64,000 nt of DNA from Flectonema sp. DT1601 (Eukaryota): positions 1,178,001 through 1,242,000 of the forward strand of contig OZ025780.1 of NCBI GenBank assembly GCA_964019425.1, written 5' to 3'. Both the position numbers and the translations under genes were made by a program. Shown one piece after another: positions 1 to 11,712 of this stretch. The first letter of the stretch is position 1. Each line of letters starts with the position of its first letter. Below the pieces are notes generated by a model, which was not told where the DNA came from, searched no databases, and saw nothing but the letters and a program-made list of their open reading frames with translations.

Positions 1-1817
1 CACAACTTCCATCTGAAAAAGTATTTTAAAAATAATTTTGAATCAGCGAGTGCTGACCTACCAATAGTAGTTTCGTAAGCAGTTATGATTTCTGTCGAAG
101 GTGATGTTTGAGCATGTTGGTACTGAGGGGTAATTGAACTTACAGATGTTGCGGCATTTCTGTGAAACATTTCAGATAAAGAACTAACTGATGTATCCAT
201 ATCAATACCAGTCACGTGTTTTACTTCCAATGGAAGAATTAACTCGCTCGATGAGGTTTGCATTTCTCGTTTTTCTACTTCATTACTATCAGACGTGTCT
301 GTTGCTAACTTTAATTCACTTGATGAGGTTTGCATATCTTTATTCTGAGGATGTAATGAACTGATTGAAGTAGAAACATCATTAGTACTCATCTTTCTCA
401 GTTCAGGTAAGAGATCTGATAAAGAGGTCTGCATGTCCTCCTGCTGTGGGAGTAACGAGCTAACTGAAGTACTCGCATTTCTATTTATAAGTTGTGAGAA
501 GGAAGTTACCGAAGTTTGCATGTCAACACTAATTGGTTGCGGTTGCGTTTGTTGTTGAGTTTCGAGTAGCGCTCTCCCTCCATCGACTTCTGAAATCTCA
601 AACTGCAACTCTCTTTGAATTTTTTGAAAATCTCCTTCAATTTGAATGACTTCCGGAGTTCTAACTAAAGAGCTAATCGATGCTCTACCTTGAGTAGTAT
701 TAGCTGACGCACTCTCCTGAACTGAGTGACTGATGAGGTCAACTCCAACATCCGTCTGTTTGTAGTAATTTAATTTATCAATTATTGATTGCTGTCCTGC
801 AGTCTGTTGATGATCTACTCCAATTGGAGTGTCAACAACAGCAGCCATCGCAAATGATCCAGGACCAGGAACATTCTTATCAGTCATTAGTGTTTCAACA
901 GAATCATTCATGTTGTGAAGAACTGAAGGACCGACAGTCTGTTTATTATTTCCAACAAAACATCGAAGTCTGCAATAATACTGTCGTAGAACATCCTTAC
1001 ATAAATGTCTTTGTATTATGTGAGAGACTCTTTTAATACGAACTCGTTGACTATTTGTCATTTGACTTATCGTCTTCTCTAATTCACGCAGTCTGTTAGA
1101 ACTTAATTGACGTAATGATGCTTCCTTACCAGTCACTCGTTTAGACAAACAAAAACATCTCAAAAGAGTATAAGACTCCCTCAGGGTCGACATCTGACCA
1201 CTTTTATAAAGAGCACTTGAACACCTCGATGAGATCATTCTCGAAGGCCTTGACACTAGAGAATGAGAATTTAACTTCCCCTGAAGGTCAATCAGTTGTC
1301 GATATGTCTTCTTATCCTTGTTCTTACGATGTAGTAATTGCCAGTTAGAGAATGATGTGCGTACAATGTGTTTATTTTGTGAAGTATATTCCCGTAAACA
1401 TTTAAACCGATATCGCAATAAGAACATTTCAGCCTGTCGTTGTAGTAGTTTTAGTGATTGGTGTCGATGGTGAGCATTCGATAAAGACTGCAGACGGAAC
1501 TTTTTACTCTCAAGTCCAGTCAGTTTCATATGTGATAGAAGTTCTAGTCGTAGTAACCGAACTCTGTCTTCTGATTGGTTTAGTTTGGTTTCACTTAATT
1601 TCAACTCCGCTCTTACTTTTCGAGTTTCAGTATTAGCTTCTCTGACTGCTGCGACACAATCCCTACCAAGTTTCTCAGCCCACTGCCATCCACCTTTTTC
1701 CATGACATCTGTCACTGTGTCACTTCTCTTTTCAAGCTTCGACATTGTTGCTTTGTACCCCGGCCATGGCTCTTTGTCATCTTTTTTATAGAAGTGTTCG
1801 GGATGGGTAAATACCAT
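1..1817 (-). CDS. Hypothetical protein, 3' end outside window; coiled-coil-like N-terminal part, then a Ser/Thr-rich region with repeated DMQTS/xxSTS motifs
   Basis: ATG at 1817 (MVFTHPEHFYKKDDKEPWPG...). The portions I translated stay open toward position 1, which would explain its absence from the ORF track. An upstream AACAG acceptor-like site lies at ~1836-1840. Confidence 0.8.
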   Translation of the reverse strand, partial: MVFTHPEHFYKKDDKEPWPGYKATMSKLEKRSDTVTDVMEKGGWQWAEKLGRDCVAAVREANTETRKVRAELKLSETKLNQSEDRVRLLRLELLSHMKLTGLESKKFRLQSLSNAHHRHQSLKLLQRQAEMFLLRYRFKCLREYTSQNKHIVRTSFSNWQLLHRKNKDKKTYRQLIDLQGKLNSHSLVSRPSRMISSRCSSALYKSGQMSTLRESYTLLRCFCLSKRVTGKEASLRQLSSNRLRELEKTISQMTNSQRVRIKRVSHIIQRHLCKDVLRQYYCRLRCFVGNNKQTVGPSVLHNMNDSVETLMTDKNVPGPGSFAMAAVVDTPIGVDHQQTAGQQSIIDKLNYYKQTDVGVDLISHSVQESASANTTQGRASISSLVRTPEVIQIEGDFQKIQRELQFEISEVDGGRALLETQQQTQPQPISVDMQTSVTSFSQLINRNASTSVSSLLPQQEDMQTSLSDLLPELRKMSTNDVSTSISSLHPQNKDMQTSSSELKLATDTSDSNEVEKREMQTSSSELILPLEVKHVTGIDMDTSVSSLSEMFHRNAATSVSSITPQYQHAQTSPSTEIITAYETTIGRSALADSKLFLKYFFRWKL

Positions 1818-2024
1818 TCTCCAATACTTTCATCACTGTTATGAAGTAAATATAATATCAAATTTCAATAGTGGTAGTACTCGCAATCATCATGTTGCTA
1901 ATGAAGAAGTGATGTGTTGATTTATTTCAAATAGTACACAGTTTTTTTACAAATCAAAAATAATTGATAACAATAAATCCCTCAGATAACAAACACAATT
2001 AAAGTATTGTTAAAGAGGTGATGT

Positions 2025-3326
2025 TTACATATTCGCAATGCGAATGTACTTCTGAATTATTCGATCGCCTCCAAAGGGAGCGTCCTGAAGTAACTCTCTT
2101 ACGCAAGCAGCTTCTACTTTCTCTCGAGGGATCTTTTTAGCCTGTCGACGACGGATTGCGCGCTTAATAGAACGTTCAAGAGAAGACAAGTTTGATGCTA
2201 CTGAAGAGACAGGTACAGGACTAGCCGCATTACTGAGATTTTGTAATTCAATGAGAGAAATATTAAAAGATTCATACTCTTCAGTTGTGAGTAGCTGATC
2301 AGTCTTACCAGACTTCTTGTATTCAGATATTATTGCGGTGACGTGATCTGGAAGTTTCCATGAAGCGAAAAGCTTTAATATAACAGAAATCGCGTACGTA
2401 TCCAACTCACTGTGATTATGCATCCAAAACAAGAATATTAAATGAATACTATTCGGGGATAGTAATCCTATCTCTGATTGGAATTCATTGTATATTTTAA
2501 TAATTTCTAAGAAAGAACGACACTTGTTAGTTTTCGCATAGTATTCTAACGAAGCGTGAATAACAGCGGCGTACGTCGTTGATAACTTTGTGATTACATT
2601 AAAGCTATCCAACACCTCTGATAACACATCTGGTCCGTTTACAATATCATGTTGAGTAGCACCAGCGACTGTTAAAAGTTGATATGCTCTCACACTGAAT
2701 AGTGATTGGTTTTCAATCATATTTTTTAATATTTCTCTAAAATTTTCAGTCTCTGAACGACATATCGCTATGGAACAAGCAACTGAAAACCATTCGCTGT
2801 CTTCAGGGTCCCAGTGAGGAATCTCTAACGAGAGATAATCTGATATTTGTTGTTGGGAATTTTCATTCCTCAAATATTGTTTAGAAATTGAAAGTATAAA
2901 TACCAACCAAGTAGTATACGATTCTATATCTGCACCTGACAGGTCTACTCCAACTTGCTGAAGTTCGTTCTTAATTTCCATTAAAGTTCTGTCTGCCAAC
3001 GGATCTTTACATTCAAGTATTTCAGTCCAGTGCGCGCATCTCTTTTGGACTAATTTATAAACATCGTTGTAAGGTGACTTATAACCAAGATACCTCTCAT
3101 ATGTGTGATGATACAAGTCAGTATCAAATTGTTTACCTGCCTGCATGACACCAACTCTCTCAGTTATCATTTGTCGTGTCATTCTCTGTGAAATCGGCCA
3201 ATTTTCTTCCATCTTTCGCTTCATATAACTTCCTTTTTGATAATTTTTTAATGTTAGATTTACTACTCTAGTTGGAATCGTAAGCGGCGAAGCGCCTTTT
3301 CGGATTGCGAGGGCCTTCATTTTCAT
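2025..3326 (-). CDS. Hypothetical protein, 433 aa, probably alpha-helical; basic N-terminus (possible organellar targeting)
   Basis: Long ORF on the common gene strand; no family motif recognised. The start could be 3320. Confidence 0.75.
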   Translation of the reverse strand: MKMKALAIRKGASPLTIPTRVVNLTLKNYQKGSYMKRKMEENWPISQRMTRQMITERVGVMQAGKQFDTDLYHHTYERYLGYKSPYNDVYKLVQKRCAHWTEILECKDPLADRTLMEIKNELQQVGVDLSGADIESYTTWLVFILSISKQYLRNENSQQQISDYLSLEIPHWDPEDSEWFSVACSIAICRSETENFREILKNMIENQSLFSVRAYQLLTVAGATQHDIVNGPDVLSEVLDSFNVITKLSTTYAAVIHASLEYYAKTNKCRSFLEIIKIYNEFQSEIGLLSPNSIHLIFLFWMHNHSELDTYAISVILKLFASWKLPDHVTAIISEYKKSGKTDQLLTTEEYESFNISLIELQNLSNAASPVPVSSVASNLSSLERSIKRAIRRRQAKKIPREKVEAACVRELLQDAPFGGDRIIQKYIRIANM

Positions 3327-3998
3327 TTTTTTTTTTTTTTTTTTTTTTGTTATTCCTTCTGAGAGTGAAGTACAGTGAAGTTGATCGAGTTTCTCTTTTT
3401 GTTGTCCTTCTCAGAATCTGTAAGGAACGTCAGATAAAACAATCAGTATTAGGTCTTAGCTGCTCTGTAACTTGTGTTTGTGTTCATCAACACTAATCCT
3501 ACTGTGGTATTGTTGTGAAGTGATTGACACCTGGAGTTAAAAATTACCTACTTAACAACACCAGACTACCTTATTTGGAAACTCCAAAAACGCGACAAAA
3601 AAAACAAAGCTAAACGGGGCAACTTCCGCACTCTCTAGGTTTATCAACTTAGTAGAGAAACAAAAAAAAAGAAAAGAAAAGAAAAAAAAACAGGAGACAG
3701 ATCAACAGTAATTATAAGTTTTGTTTTCGGTTTTGCAATAAACCTCTCTTCGATACTAATTGTTTCTAGTCCTATAGCTACGATATAGTTACGAGGTTAG
3801 GAAAAGGGATTTGCAACAACTCGTTGCACTAATTTGATCAAAAAAAAAAAAAAACAAAAAAAAAAACATAAATATCTTTCCATTCACCGACAGATGAATT
3901 GAGGGAAGCAAAAAAAAAAAAAAAGCAAACAGGTTTGTTATAACAGAGACACATCTACAGATTACGATAATTAAAAATAAGTTGAAATAACATTTTTA

Positions 3999-5240
3999 TT
4001 AATCTATGTCATGAAGATCTTCCGCAGGTACGGAATCAATCGGTACTACAACTGGAGCAGGAGTTGGGACGATTTCATCTGTTGCCTGATACTCTGGTGG
4101 AGGTCCAGCATCACTTGAGAAATTCCCATCTTGCAAGAAACACAAACCGCATGCCATACAACAACAGACTCCAAGTGCTATCCAAATTGGGATTAGGGCA
4201 ACAGCCATAGAATAGTCAGCACCGTCAGCCTTCAAAAATATTAAAAGAAAAACAGTGAACGCTATAAGAGTGCCACAAATTGATACACTCCCTGATGCTA
4301 GATATTCTGGTATAAGTCGTTTCATCATGTAATGGAAACAAAAAGACAAACCAAAACCAATCCAAAACGGCATACCAACAATAACATACGAGACGTCTAT
4401 TTCTTTCGTTAATTTCAGTACAAGAAGAAGAATAAAAGTCAAATTACGGATCTGTCCAAACACAGACCATGCTCGTAATGCATTGAAACTCGACCTTGTC
4501 GCAAAACTCCCAACCGCCACGCATGTCGCTTCGTATGATTCGAAGGTCATTTGCCAAGTAATGGCTAGTTCTAAGAAACAGCTTAGTACAAGTGGAATGA
4601 ATACGATCCCCCATGTATTCATTACTCCATCAAGTTGAAATGATAGTAACAGGACGAATATGATTGGTAAGATTGGTCTAAAGATAGCTACAACCTTTGT
4701 AGACATCGCAATCTCCTTTCTGATTAATGTTAACCTATCAACAACAACACAACATGAAACAATCCAAAAAGGGATAAAAGTTACAGCCCATGACCAGCTT
4801 ACTTTTCCATCAATATTCAGAGACATAAATATTATTGTGAGCTGTTTTTTTGTTTTGTTTTGTTTTTCATGTGTTGTTTATTCTCGTTTAGTGCTTATAA
4901 AAAGACATACAATGATTGGTATCAAAACACAACAAGCTGCAGCTGCCATAACCTGAGGACCCAAACCAAGTAGCGGGGTGTATCCCGTATCATCGTTTAT
5001 AAATCTTAGAGACTCATCTCCGTACCTGTCGTATGTTTTCCGTTTTGATTCGTCTTTGAGTACCTCATACGCGGCTTGCACTTCTTTAAATTTGCTTTCC
5101 GATGATTCAGGACCTTGTCTGTCGGGATGATATTTAGCTGCTAGGGTATGATAAACTTTTCTTAATTCTTCCGTTGAGCATGTTGGGGATACTCCCAAGA
5201 CATTATAAAGTCTCCTTTGTTTTAATGAAGAGTAAGACAT
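3999..5240 (-). CDS. DnaJ (J-domain) plus multi-pass TMEM185/TMEM203-like membrane protein, 390 aa; exons 5240-4911 and 4841-3999
   Basis: J-domain with HPD motif (KYHPDR...KFKEVQAAYEVL). A phase-0 GTATGT...AACAG intron at 4842-4910 joins two track ORFs in frame. Repeated LxxxLDG...W..VFIP.W units are typical of Tmemb_185A. Confidence 0.88.
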
Positions 5241-6802
5241 TTTATTTTTCTTCCTTTTCTGAAGGGGGAATTTTGACAAACGTAAAAAACAATTAACAAA
5301 TTTAGGTACTATTCATATAAAAAATTAATATCAAAAGTACTTGACTGAAATAAAAAGTTTTTTTTTTTTTTGAATAATTCCGCGCTTTAAACAATCTCGT
5401 AAGTAATCAACAAGAGAACCATTAATAAATAAAACTCAAAAAAAGAACAGCTAGATGATAGAAGCTCAGTAGAGAACAATCCAGCAGTTTGCAACTCAAA
5501 AGGAAGAGGGCGGGAGGTATTAAGAAAGACGTTGACTCACTACAAAGTGATTACCTCTGCAGATTCATTTCGTCCTAAAGAACAATCAAATTATTCTGCA
5601 GAACATCATAGCTTTCCTATAAACAAATGGAAAGGGAAAAATAAATAAATCATTTTTGATTGATGAAGCTGATCATCCGAGATAGTCTTCATGGAAAAGT
5701 TCCAAGATGGAAAGTTACAAGACTTTGGTGACCAACACAAAGAACAGAATGTATACGAAGAGCGACTTTATACTTCACGAATAGCCACTCACGAAAGTCG
5801 CATAGAATCGCGGATAAGTATTTAACGATCATGGCTATCCGCTATAAAAATACAGAGTTGGAGCAAAACAAAAATATGGAAGCAAACACTGCTTCGTGTA
5901 AATGGATGCTCAGAAAACGAAAGTATCATCAGCTCCAATACAAACATCATCAAATACTTTCATCAAATAGGGAGAGGTACTAACGAAATAGAGTAAAAAT
6001 AAAGTGTAAATAAAAGAGGCACTGTGAAGGGAATGACAACACTCTCTAATTAATTTGGCAGGAATTCGTACAGGTTTTTTTTTTTTTTGGGGACAAAAAA
6101 TTCGCCTACAACACACCACCACCTAATCATGCATGTGAATAGCATGTAAAAGTCAGTCCCAACTCACACGAATTTCTTGTTAAGTAAATAGGATAAAACG
6201 GGTAAATTGATGTATCTTTTTTTTTGAGGAAGGGGAGTGTTGGTCAACGAAAATGTTTACATGACGACGAGGGGAGAAGTGGGTCGCAATCACGACTACG
6301 GGGACCAAAGGAAAAAAAAAACAGTATTCTATAATTGTCACCAGCAGTTAAAGGGAAATCTCTGATTCCAACACAAAAGATTATTCAAAACCTACAGAGG
6401 AATATTTCGAATTCCTCTCAATTTCATTTCTCATTGGAAATTGTAGCTATTATTTTTTGTATAAAGTTTGCGGTTTCTCTTGTGGTCAGGATTTGTGGTC
6501 TTACCGAACATAACTTGTACGGCATTAGATATTAAAATTACCTAAAACATTACTAAAGATGATAATTTTAAAACTTTTATTTTTATTTTTTAGATTTTAG
6601 ATTTTACATCTTGAAAGTAAAAAGGAAATTTCATAATCAGGGTGAGGGAATATGATGAGGATTAGCTGCCAAGTAAACATCAGTCTACTACAGATTCCAA
6701 TAGGTAGCAGAATGTATTGCCTGACTTGCAATAGCACAAGGGAAATATCGCTTGTGAGTATCAGAAGAACAAGAGACATAGATACTTTATAAAAAGGATT
6801 TC

Positions 6803-8335
6803 TCACTGGGGTTCATTGGCTTTGCTCTCACTCGCTAGTTGACACTCGTATTTCATCAACGCATCTCTAAATCCAGAGTTTGGATTAATTCTAGGACTCT
6901 GATCTTTAACAAACTCGATGGCTTCATCACGTGCCATCTTTTGCTTCTTCATAATGTACGAAATCACCATTGTAGCCGAACGGCTCTGACCCTTGAAGCA
7001 GTGAACTAGACAGTTGCTTTGAGCTTCAATGGCTTTATCAATAAACTCGTGAACCTGATCGAATAATGGAGCGATGTTAGTGTCAGTCAAGTCATCAATG
7101 TTTAGTTGAATTTGTGTCATGTGTGGCTCAATAAATGTTTTTAGTTCTCTTCCAATGCTGGCAACATATGCGATATCGAGATCACGATAAACTCTACCGT
7201 ACTGTGCAGACCGTAGTGATCCTAAGTACAGTCCAGGTAATATGAAATCAGGGTACACTTTATTATACTGAACTGAGATGTTGTTATTTCCATTTGGACC
7301 TAACTTTCTCACTACTTGAGGAGAGTTGTCAATCGCTAATGTGATTTTACCAAATCCTTGAATGCATTCATCTGGAAGTTCAAGTCCTGGATTTTCAATC
7401 ATAAAAACTTCATTTAAATTTTGTAGTTTTGTTAAGATGGATGGAACTTGTTTAAAACAATTCCAATCAAGACCAAGTGTCTCAAGAGAATCCATTACAG
7501 AAACTTGTTCTGGAAGAGTAGAAATCATATTCTGATCCATGTAAAGTAATCGAAGCATTGGAAGTTTACAAACAATTGTTGGGAATACTTCAAAGTTATT
7601 ATCTCTTAAAGTAAACTTATCAAGTGACTGAATTGAAGCTAATTCATCTGGAAGTGATGTTAACTGATTCGAAGACAAGTCTAAACATGTTATGTGAGTG
7701 CAGTCTAACACAGTTGGAGGAAGATCCGAAAATCCAAGTGAGTACAATGCGAGATCCTCATACTTGTTATTAATACATTCCGATATTAAGGCTGTTGGGT
7801 CGGGCATTGAATTGCGATGGAGCATTTGTTTTGTTTTTATTTCTCTGACGGATTCAACAAGTGATGAAGACTCGTCATCGAAGGATCCATCGTCGTCAGA
7901 ATATTCAATTCCATCATCGTCGATCTCAAGTCCCAAAGCAATTGAACGAGCTCTGCAAACAGCAGGAACACTGTCTTCTCGTTGTTGTGAACCAAATATT
8001 CCACAAGGTGGCTGTAGTGGATCTAAGACGTCGTCAGTATCCTCTTCATGTAGAGCAATGAATCCTAAACTGCGATGCCTTCTCGATCCTTTGGAGCTTC
8101 TGTGACCAGTTTTTTGTGTATCAAAACTAACGACCCCCTTCGCCTTCTCAGTCCTGTCACTTTTCATTGATCTGTTTATTTTCGTTTTCTTACCAAGAAA
8201 TTCATGAAGAGCTAATGGTACGTCGTCAGGCTTCTCAGACAACAAGTGAGCGACCATTTCGTCAAGAAGCTGTACAACTCCATGGTCATTAAGATAACGA
8301 ATATTCATTGAACGGTTCAGTGTTTGGTTAGCCAT
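6803..8335 (-). CDS. LRR-containing dual-specificity protein phosphatase with N-terminal RIIa/Dpy-30-like docking domain
   Basis: N-terminal YLNDHGVVQLLDEMVAHLLSEKPDDV..LHEFL; leucine-rich repeats (LDLSSNQLTSLP, LYMDQNMISTLP); DSP active site VHCFKGQSRS and INPNSGF motif. Confidence 0.92.
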   Translation of the reverse strand: MANQTLNRSMNIRYLNDHGVVQLLDEMVAHLLSEKPDDVPLALHEFLGKKTKINRSMKSDRTEKAKGVVSFDTQKTGHRSSKGSRRHRSLGFIALHEEDTDDVLDPLQPPCGIFGSQQREDSVPAVCRARSIALGLEIDDDGIEYSDDDGSFDDESSSLVESVREIKTKQMLHRNSMPDPTALISECINNKYEDLALYSLGFSDLPPTVLDCTHITCLDLSSNQLTSLPDELASIQSLDKFTLRDNNFEVFPTIVCKLPMLRLLYMDQNMISTLPEQVSVMDSLETLGLDWNCFKQVPSILTKLQNLNEVFMIENPGLELPDECIQGFGKITLAIDNSPQVVRKLGPNGNNNISVQYNKVYPDFILPGLYLGSLRSAQYGRVYRDLDIAYVASIGRELKTFIEPHMTQIQLNIDDLTDTNIAPLFDQVHEFIDKAIEAQSNCLVHCFKGQSRSATMVISYIMKKQKMARDEAIEFVKDQSPRINPNSGFRDALMKYECQLASESKANEPQ

Positions 8336-8984
8336 TTTACAAGGAAAGACTTTCTTGTTTTTACTTTCCGTTTCTTTTCGTTAAAATCTGTAGGAAGATA
8401 AGAATAAAATATTTGCAACACCATCTGGATGCCTTGCCATACATCTCAAAGCTGATGAAGCGCAAAAAGGGAATGCAATCAAATCGTTACTTCGCCACCA
8501 GGCGAGCTTTTAGTCAACAATTGACCGTCGTCTTCTTTTTTTTTTTTCGATTTCTTTCAACAAATTGTTTTTATTCGTTTTTGTTTTTGTGTTACCTTTT
8601 TATTCTGCTTTTCTGTGTGAAAATATTTTTGTTTCCTTTTCCTTTCCTTTCCTTTCGTTTTTTTTTTTTTTTTTTTTAAATCCGTTTTTTTTCTCTCGTC
8701 TCATTTCGACAAAGCATTGTCAATGTTATATTGTCAATGTTATGAGGGTAAGTTGGCGATCGTATAACGATAAACACTTTTCGACAGCTCTGAAGTCTCA
8801 CAATCAGAGATAACTGCTTGAGAGCAACAGTTTGTTTGACAGCTGTTGCAGAATTCAGACCAATCTTCTTAACCACCTGACCGAGAGCGCTAGTAGTATT
8901 CACCATTGAAAAAGGAAAAGACTAGGCAACTTGAGTTGTACAAATATCTTTATATAAGTTTGTGATTACCAGGTGTAACGTTAG

Positions 8985-10814
8985 TTATTTGTTAGGAACG
9001 ACACCTTTCGCATGGTATCCAAGTCTGAGGATGTCAGTATCGCTGTAGATTTCACTAACAAGATCCCGTGACAAGTCTGAGTAATAGGATTTCATTTTTG
9101 ATGAAGTTCCCTCCGAATGACGAAGTCCTTTACTCTTTCGTTTATCTTTCATTTTTTCTGCTCCCGTTATATTGTAAATAAGATCGAGGTCTGTTGGATC
9201 CTCAAGTCTACCTACCCAATCATATTTTATTTCATTCATTGAACAGACGTCAACATTTGGCAACCAATGGCTATTTCTAAAGTCAACTGATGGAAGTGGA
9301 TTCTTCTTCATAACGTCTAATATCTCAGCAAAAGACGAATTGTCTGCTGGAAGTCCATTCGTTTTCCCGATCAATGCCCTTTTCCACATATCACATTCTT
9401 GCTTTGTTCTTCTGGTCTGTTTTTCACAATTTTCAAATCTCTCTAAGTATGTTGCTAATACTCTCGTGTAAGGACTTCTAACGACGGTAAATTTAAAGTA
9501 TTCCCCGCTGTTAAGTATTGGAATGAGTTCATCGTCAGGTACAAATTGAATATTTTGAATACGAGGTCCGTTGTACAGTTGTCTGTTGTGAACTGTTCCA
9601 CCCTTAAAAAGTTTCGCATTGTTTAGCATCCATGCTTTTAAAGTTGTACAACCTGCTTTTGGTACCACGCAGTAGAAGAACTTTAGTTCTTTATCAATGT
9701 ACCATTGCTCGGCGGTTCCTCGTCTTCGGAATTCGAGTACTTTTTGTTTAGTGATGTCATTTTTAACGAAACGTTTTTCAGATGTCGCTGTCTCCATCGG
9801 AATTTTCTTAGAAGTCATGTCCTCGGCGCTGACTGAGGGTACTTCTACAACAGGAGTCCCTTCACATATTGGTATGTCTTGAACACCATCAACTGGTTGT
9901 TGTTCTTGAGCAGACATCTTTAAGTATTCTTTCTTAAGAACTTTACTGCGAGCCATCGATCCACAGACTGCCGATTCCTCTTTTGAGATAAATGGAATTA
10001 ATGAATTCGATGCGAATCCCGGTCGTGGGGGTCCAGTGACGCGACTTGCTGTCGGAGGCGGGAGTACTTTCAGTACTTTCGAACCAGAAGCATCTCTAGT
10101 TGGAGGCTTCTTAGCCGCAGCCACGGGTACAGACCCAGGAATACTTCCGGGTACTGCTCCGGGGATTCCCTTGGGGGGTAGTTTTGGAGAACTTTCAGAA
10201 GATACAGGTATCGATTCTGGAATCGAACCCGATACTTTTGAAGGTTCCTCATCTCGACTACCTGGAATCTTCTTCGGCAGAGGTGGTGGTGTTTTTATTT
10301 CTTCGGTTTCAACATTTCGCGCAACCTCAACCTCATCATTCTCAGACGCGGTAGGTATTTTTTGTTGTGGGGGTAATGGTGGTTGTTGTTTACCGTCACT
10401 CGTTGGCGATCCGGATGTTATCTTACCACGCATTTTTTTCGCCTCCGAGACTATACGTTTCCAGTGAAAGGGACGGAAGTCCGAACCGACCTCAGCGAGA
10501 TTCATCTTAGCGAGTAAGCTAACAGTTAATCCTTTCTTTATCACAGTATCAGCGTATATATCAAGATCAAGTACTGTTAATAAATTCAAAGCCTCCGTTA
10601 CTTCAACGCTGTGGGAATGTGTCATTTCGGACGCCTCACTCTGAGGAGTCATCGACAAGATTAAAAACGCGACCGTAGCACCAGTCATAAACGCGAATGA
10701 TAACGTTATAATACTTGTCCCTCCAGATTCACGAAGTCTTTGTGGGTATACAACTTTTTCTTCATGTGAATATGGAGCCGAAGAGGTGCGAGGAACTCCC
10801 CGCTCGTGCGCCAT
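8985..10814 (-). CDS. Type II membrane carbohydrate sulfotransferase (Sulfotransfer_2/CHST-like) with Pro-rich stem
   Basis: One N-terminal TM segment; 5'-PSB motif YCVVPKAGCT; 3'-PB motif FTVVRSPYTRVLATY; C-terminal YDWVGRLE. First ATG is at 10814 (the track starts at a TTG at 10826). Confidence 0.9.
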   Translation of the reverse strand: MAHERGVPRTSSAPYSHEEKVVYPQRLRESGGTSIITLSFAFMTGATVAFLILSMTPQSEASEMTHSHSVEVTEALNLLTVLDLDIYADTVIKKGLTVSLLAKMNLAEVGSDFRPFHWKRIVSEAKKMRGKITSGSPTSDGKQQPPLPPQQKIPTASENDEVEVARNVETEEIKTPPPLPKKIPGSRDEEPSKVSGSIPESIPVSSESSPKLPPKGIPGAVPGSIPGSVPVAAAKKPPTRDASGSKVLKVLPPPTASRVTGPPRPGFASNSLIPFISKEESAVCGSMARSKVLKKEYLKMSAQEQQPVDGVQDIPICEGTPVVEVPSVSAEDMTSKKIPMETATSEKRFVKNDITKQKVLEFRRRGTAEQWYIDKELKFFYCVVPKAGCTTLKAWMLNNAKLFKGGTVHNRQLYNGPRIQNIQFVPDDELIPILNSGEYFKFTVVRSPYTRVLATYLERFENCEKQTRRTKQECDMWKRALIGKTNGLPADNSSFAEILDVMKKNPLPSVDFRNSHWLPNVDVCSMNEIKYDWVGRLEDPTDLDLIYNITGAEKMKDKRKSKGLRHSEGTSSKMKSYYSDLSRDLVSEIYSDTDILRLGYHAKGVVPNK

Positions 10815-11652
10815 AATTGTGGACAACTTCCTAGTAGGAAAATAATTGCTAAAACAGCAAGCTATCAGTTTATTAGAAACTTCACATACTTGTTCATGTC
10901 ACTGGTTAAAAAGGATAAGCGTAATAATGAAACTAAAATTAATTAAACTTTTTTAAAAAGGAATCCAATAGTGGCTTGGGGAACCCAAACCACTAATAAG
11001 AATTTGTTATGATTATTAGGTTTTGTTTTTTATGTGTTATTTTCTTTATTAAACTCCGAATAGAGAAAACAATTTCCGCGTTTGCTGTTGTCGTCATCTC
11101 TAAGACACATCAACGAAAATCGATTAGGGTAAATTACGGATAAGAGAGTGAGAAAATAAAAGAAAGACTAAAACCAACATAATGAAAGCGACAGTGCGCA
11201 AGGACAACGTTCCCTAATTATTAAATTGATGAAAACCTGAAAGTGGTAACAAACCAAGTCATCCAGGAGGAAGTTGTTATGAATAGCAAAGTGTAAACGC
11301 TCGCCCAGCGGCGGGTGTAAAAGTAACAACAGAGAGACAAGAGAAGGAAGGAGTTGTTACAGTAATAAATAAATGCAAGCAATCTTAAGTACAAATGCTC
11401 GCTCACAGCAAATGCAATTTCAGACACGCACACTGAATAACTTTAAGAAAATTAAATGCGCAAATGCGACAGAGAAGGATAAGGAGGTAACAAATCCGAA
11501 CAGGTCTTGGGCGGGGTAATGACTTTACAGGTTAACCTGATCAACATGACAGCAGGTCTTCTAATACATTCTTCACTAAAACAGTAGTCAGCTGTACCGA
11601 AAACCGAAAAGAATTGACTCTTAACTTAAACAATAATACAGACTTAGTTAAA

Positions 11653-11712
11653 TTGAGAAGGTTTACGTGTGCTGCCCAACTTTCTTTTTCAGATCTTACG
11701 ATACTTGATTTA
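11653..11712 (+). repeat. Dispersed repeat family R2, partial diverged copy
   Basis: aggtttacgtgtgctgcccaac...tcttacgatacttg matches 17735-17850 and 63295-63410. Confidence 0.65.

Noticed and set aside
4842..4910. Non-canonical intron in the DnaJ gene
   Set aside because: A canonical phase-0 GTATGT donor at 4910 explains it.
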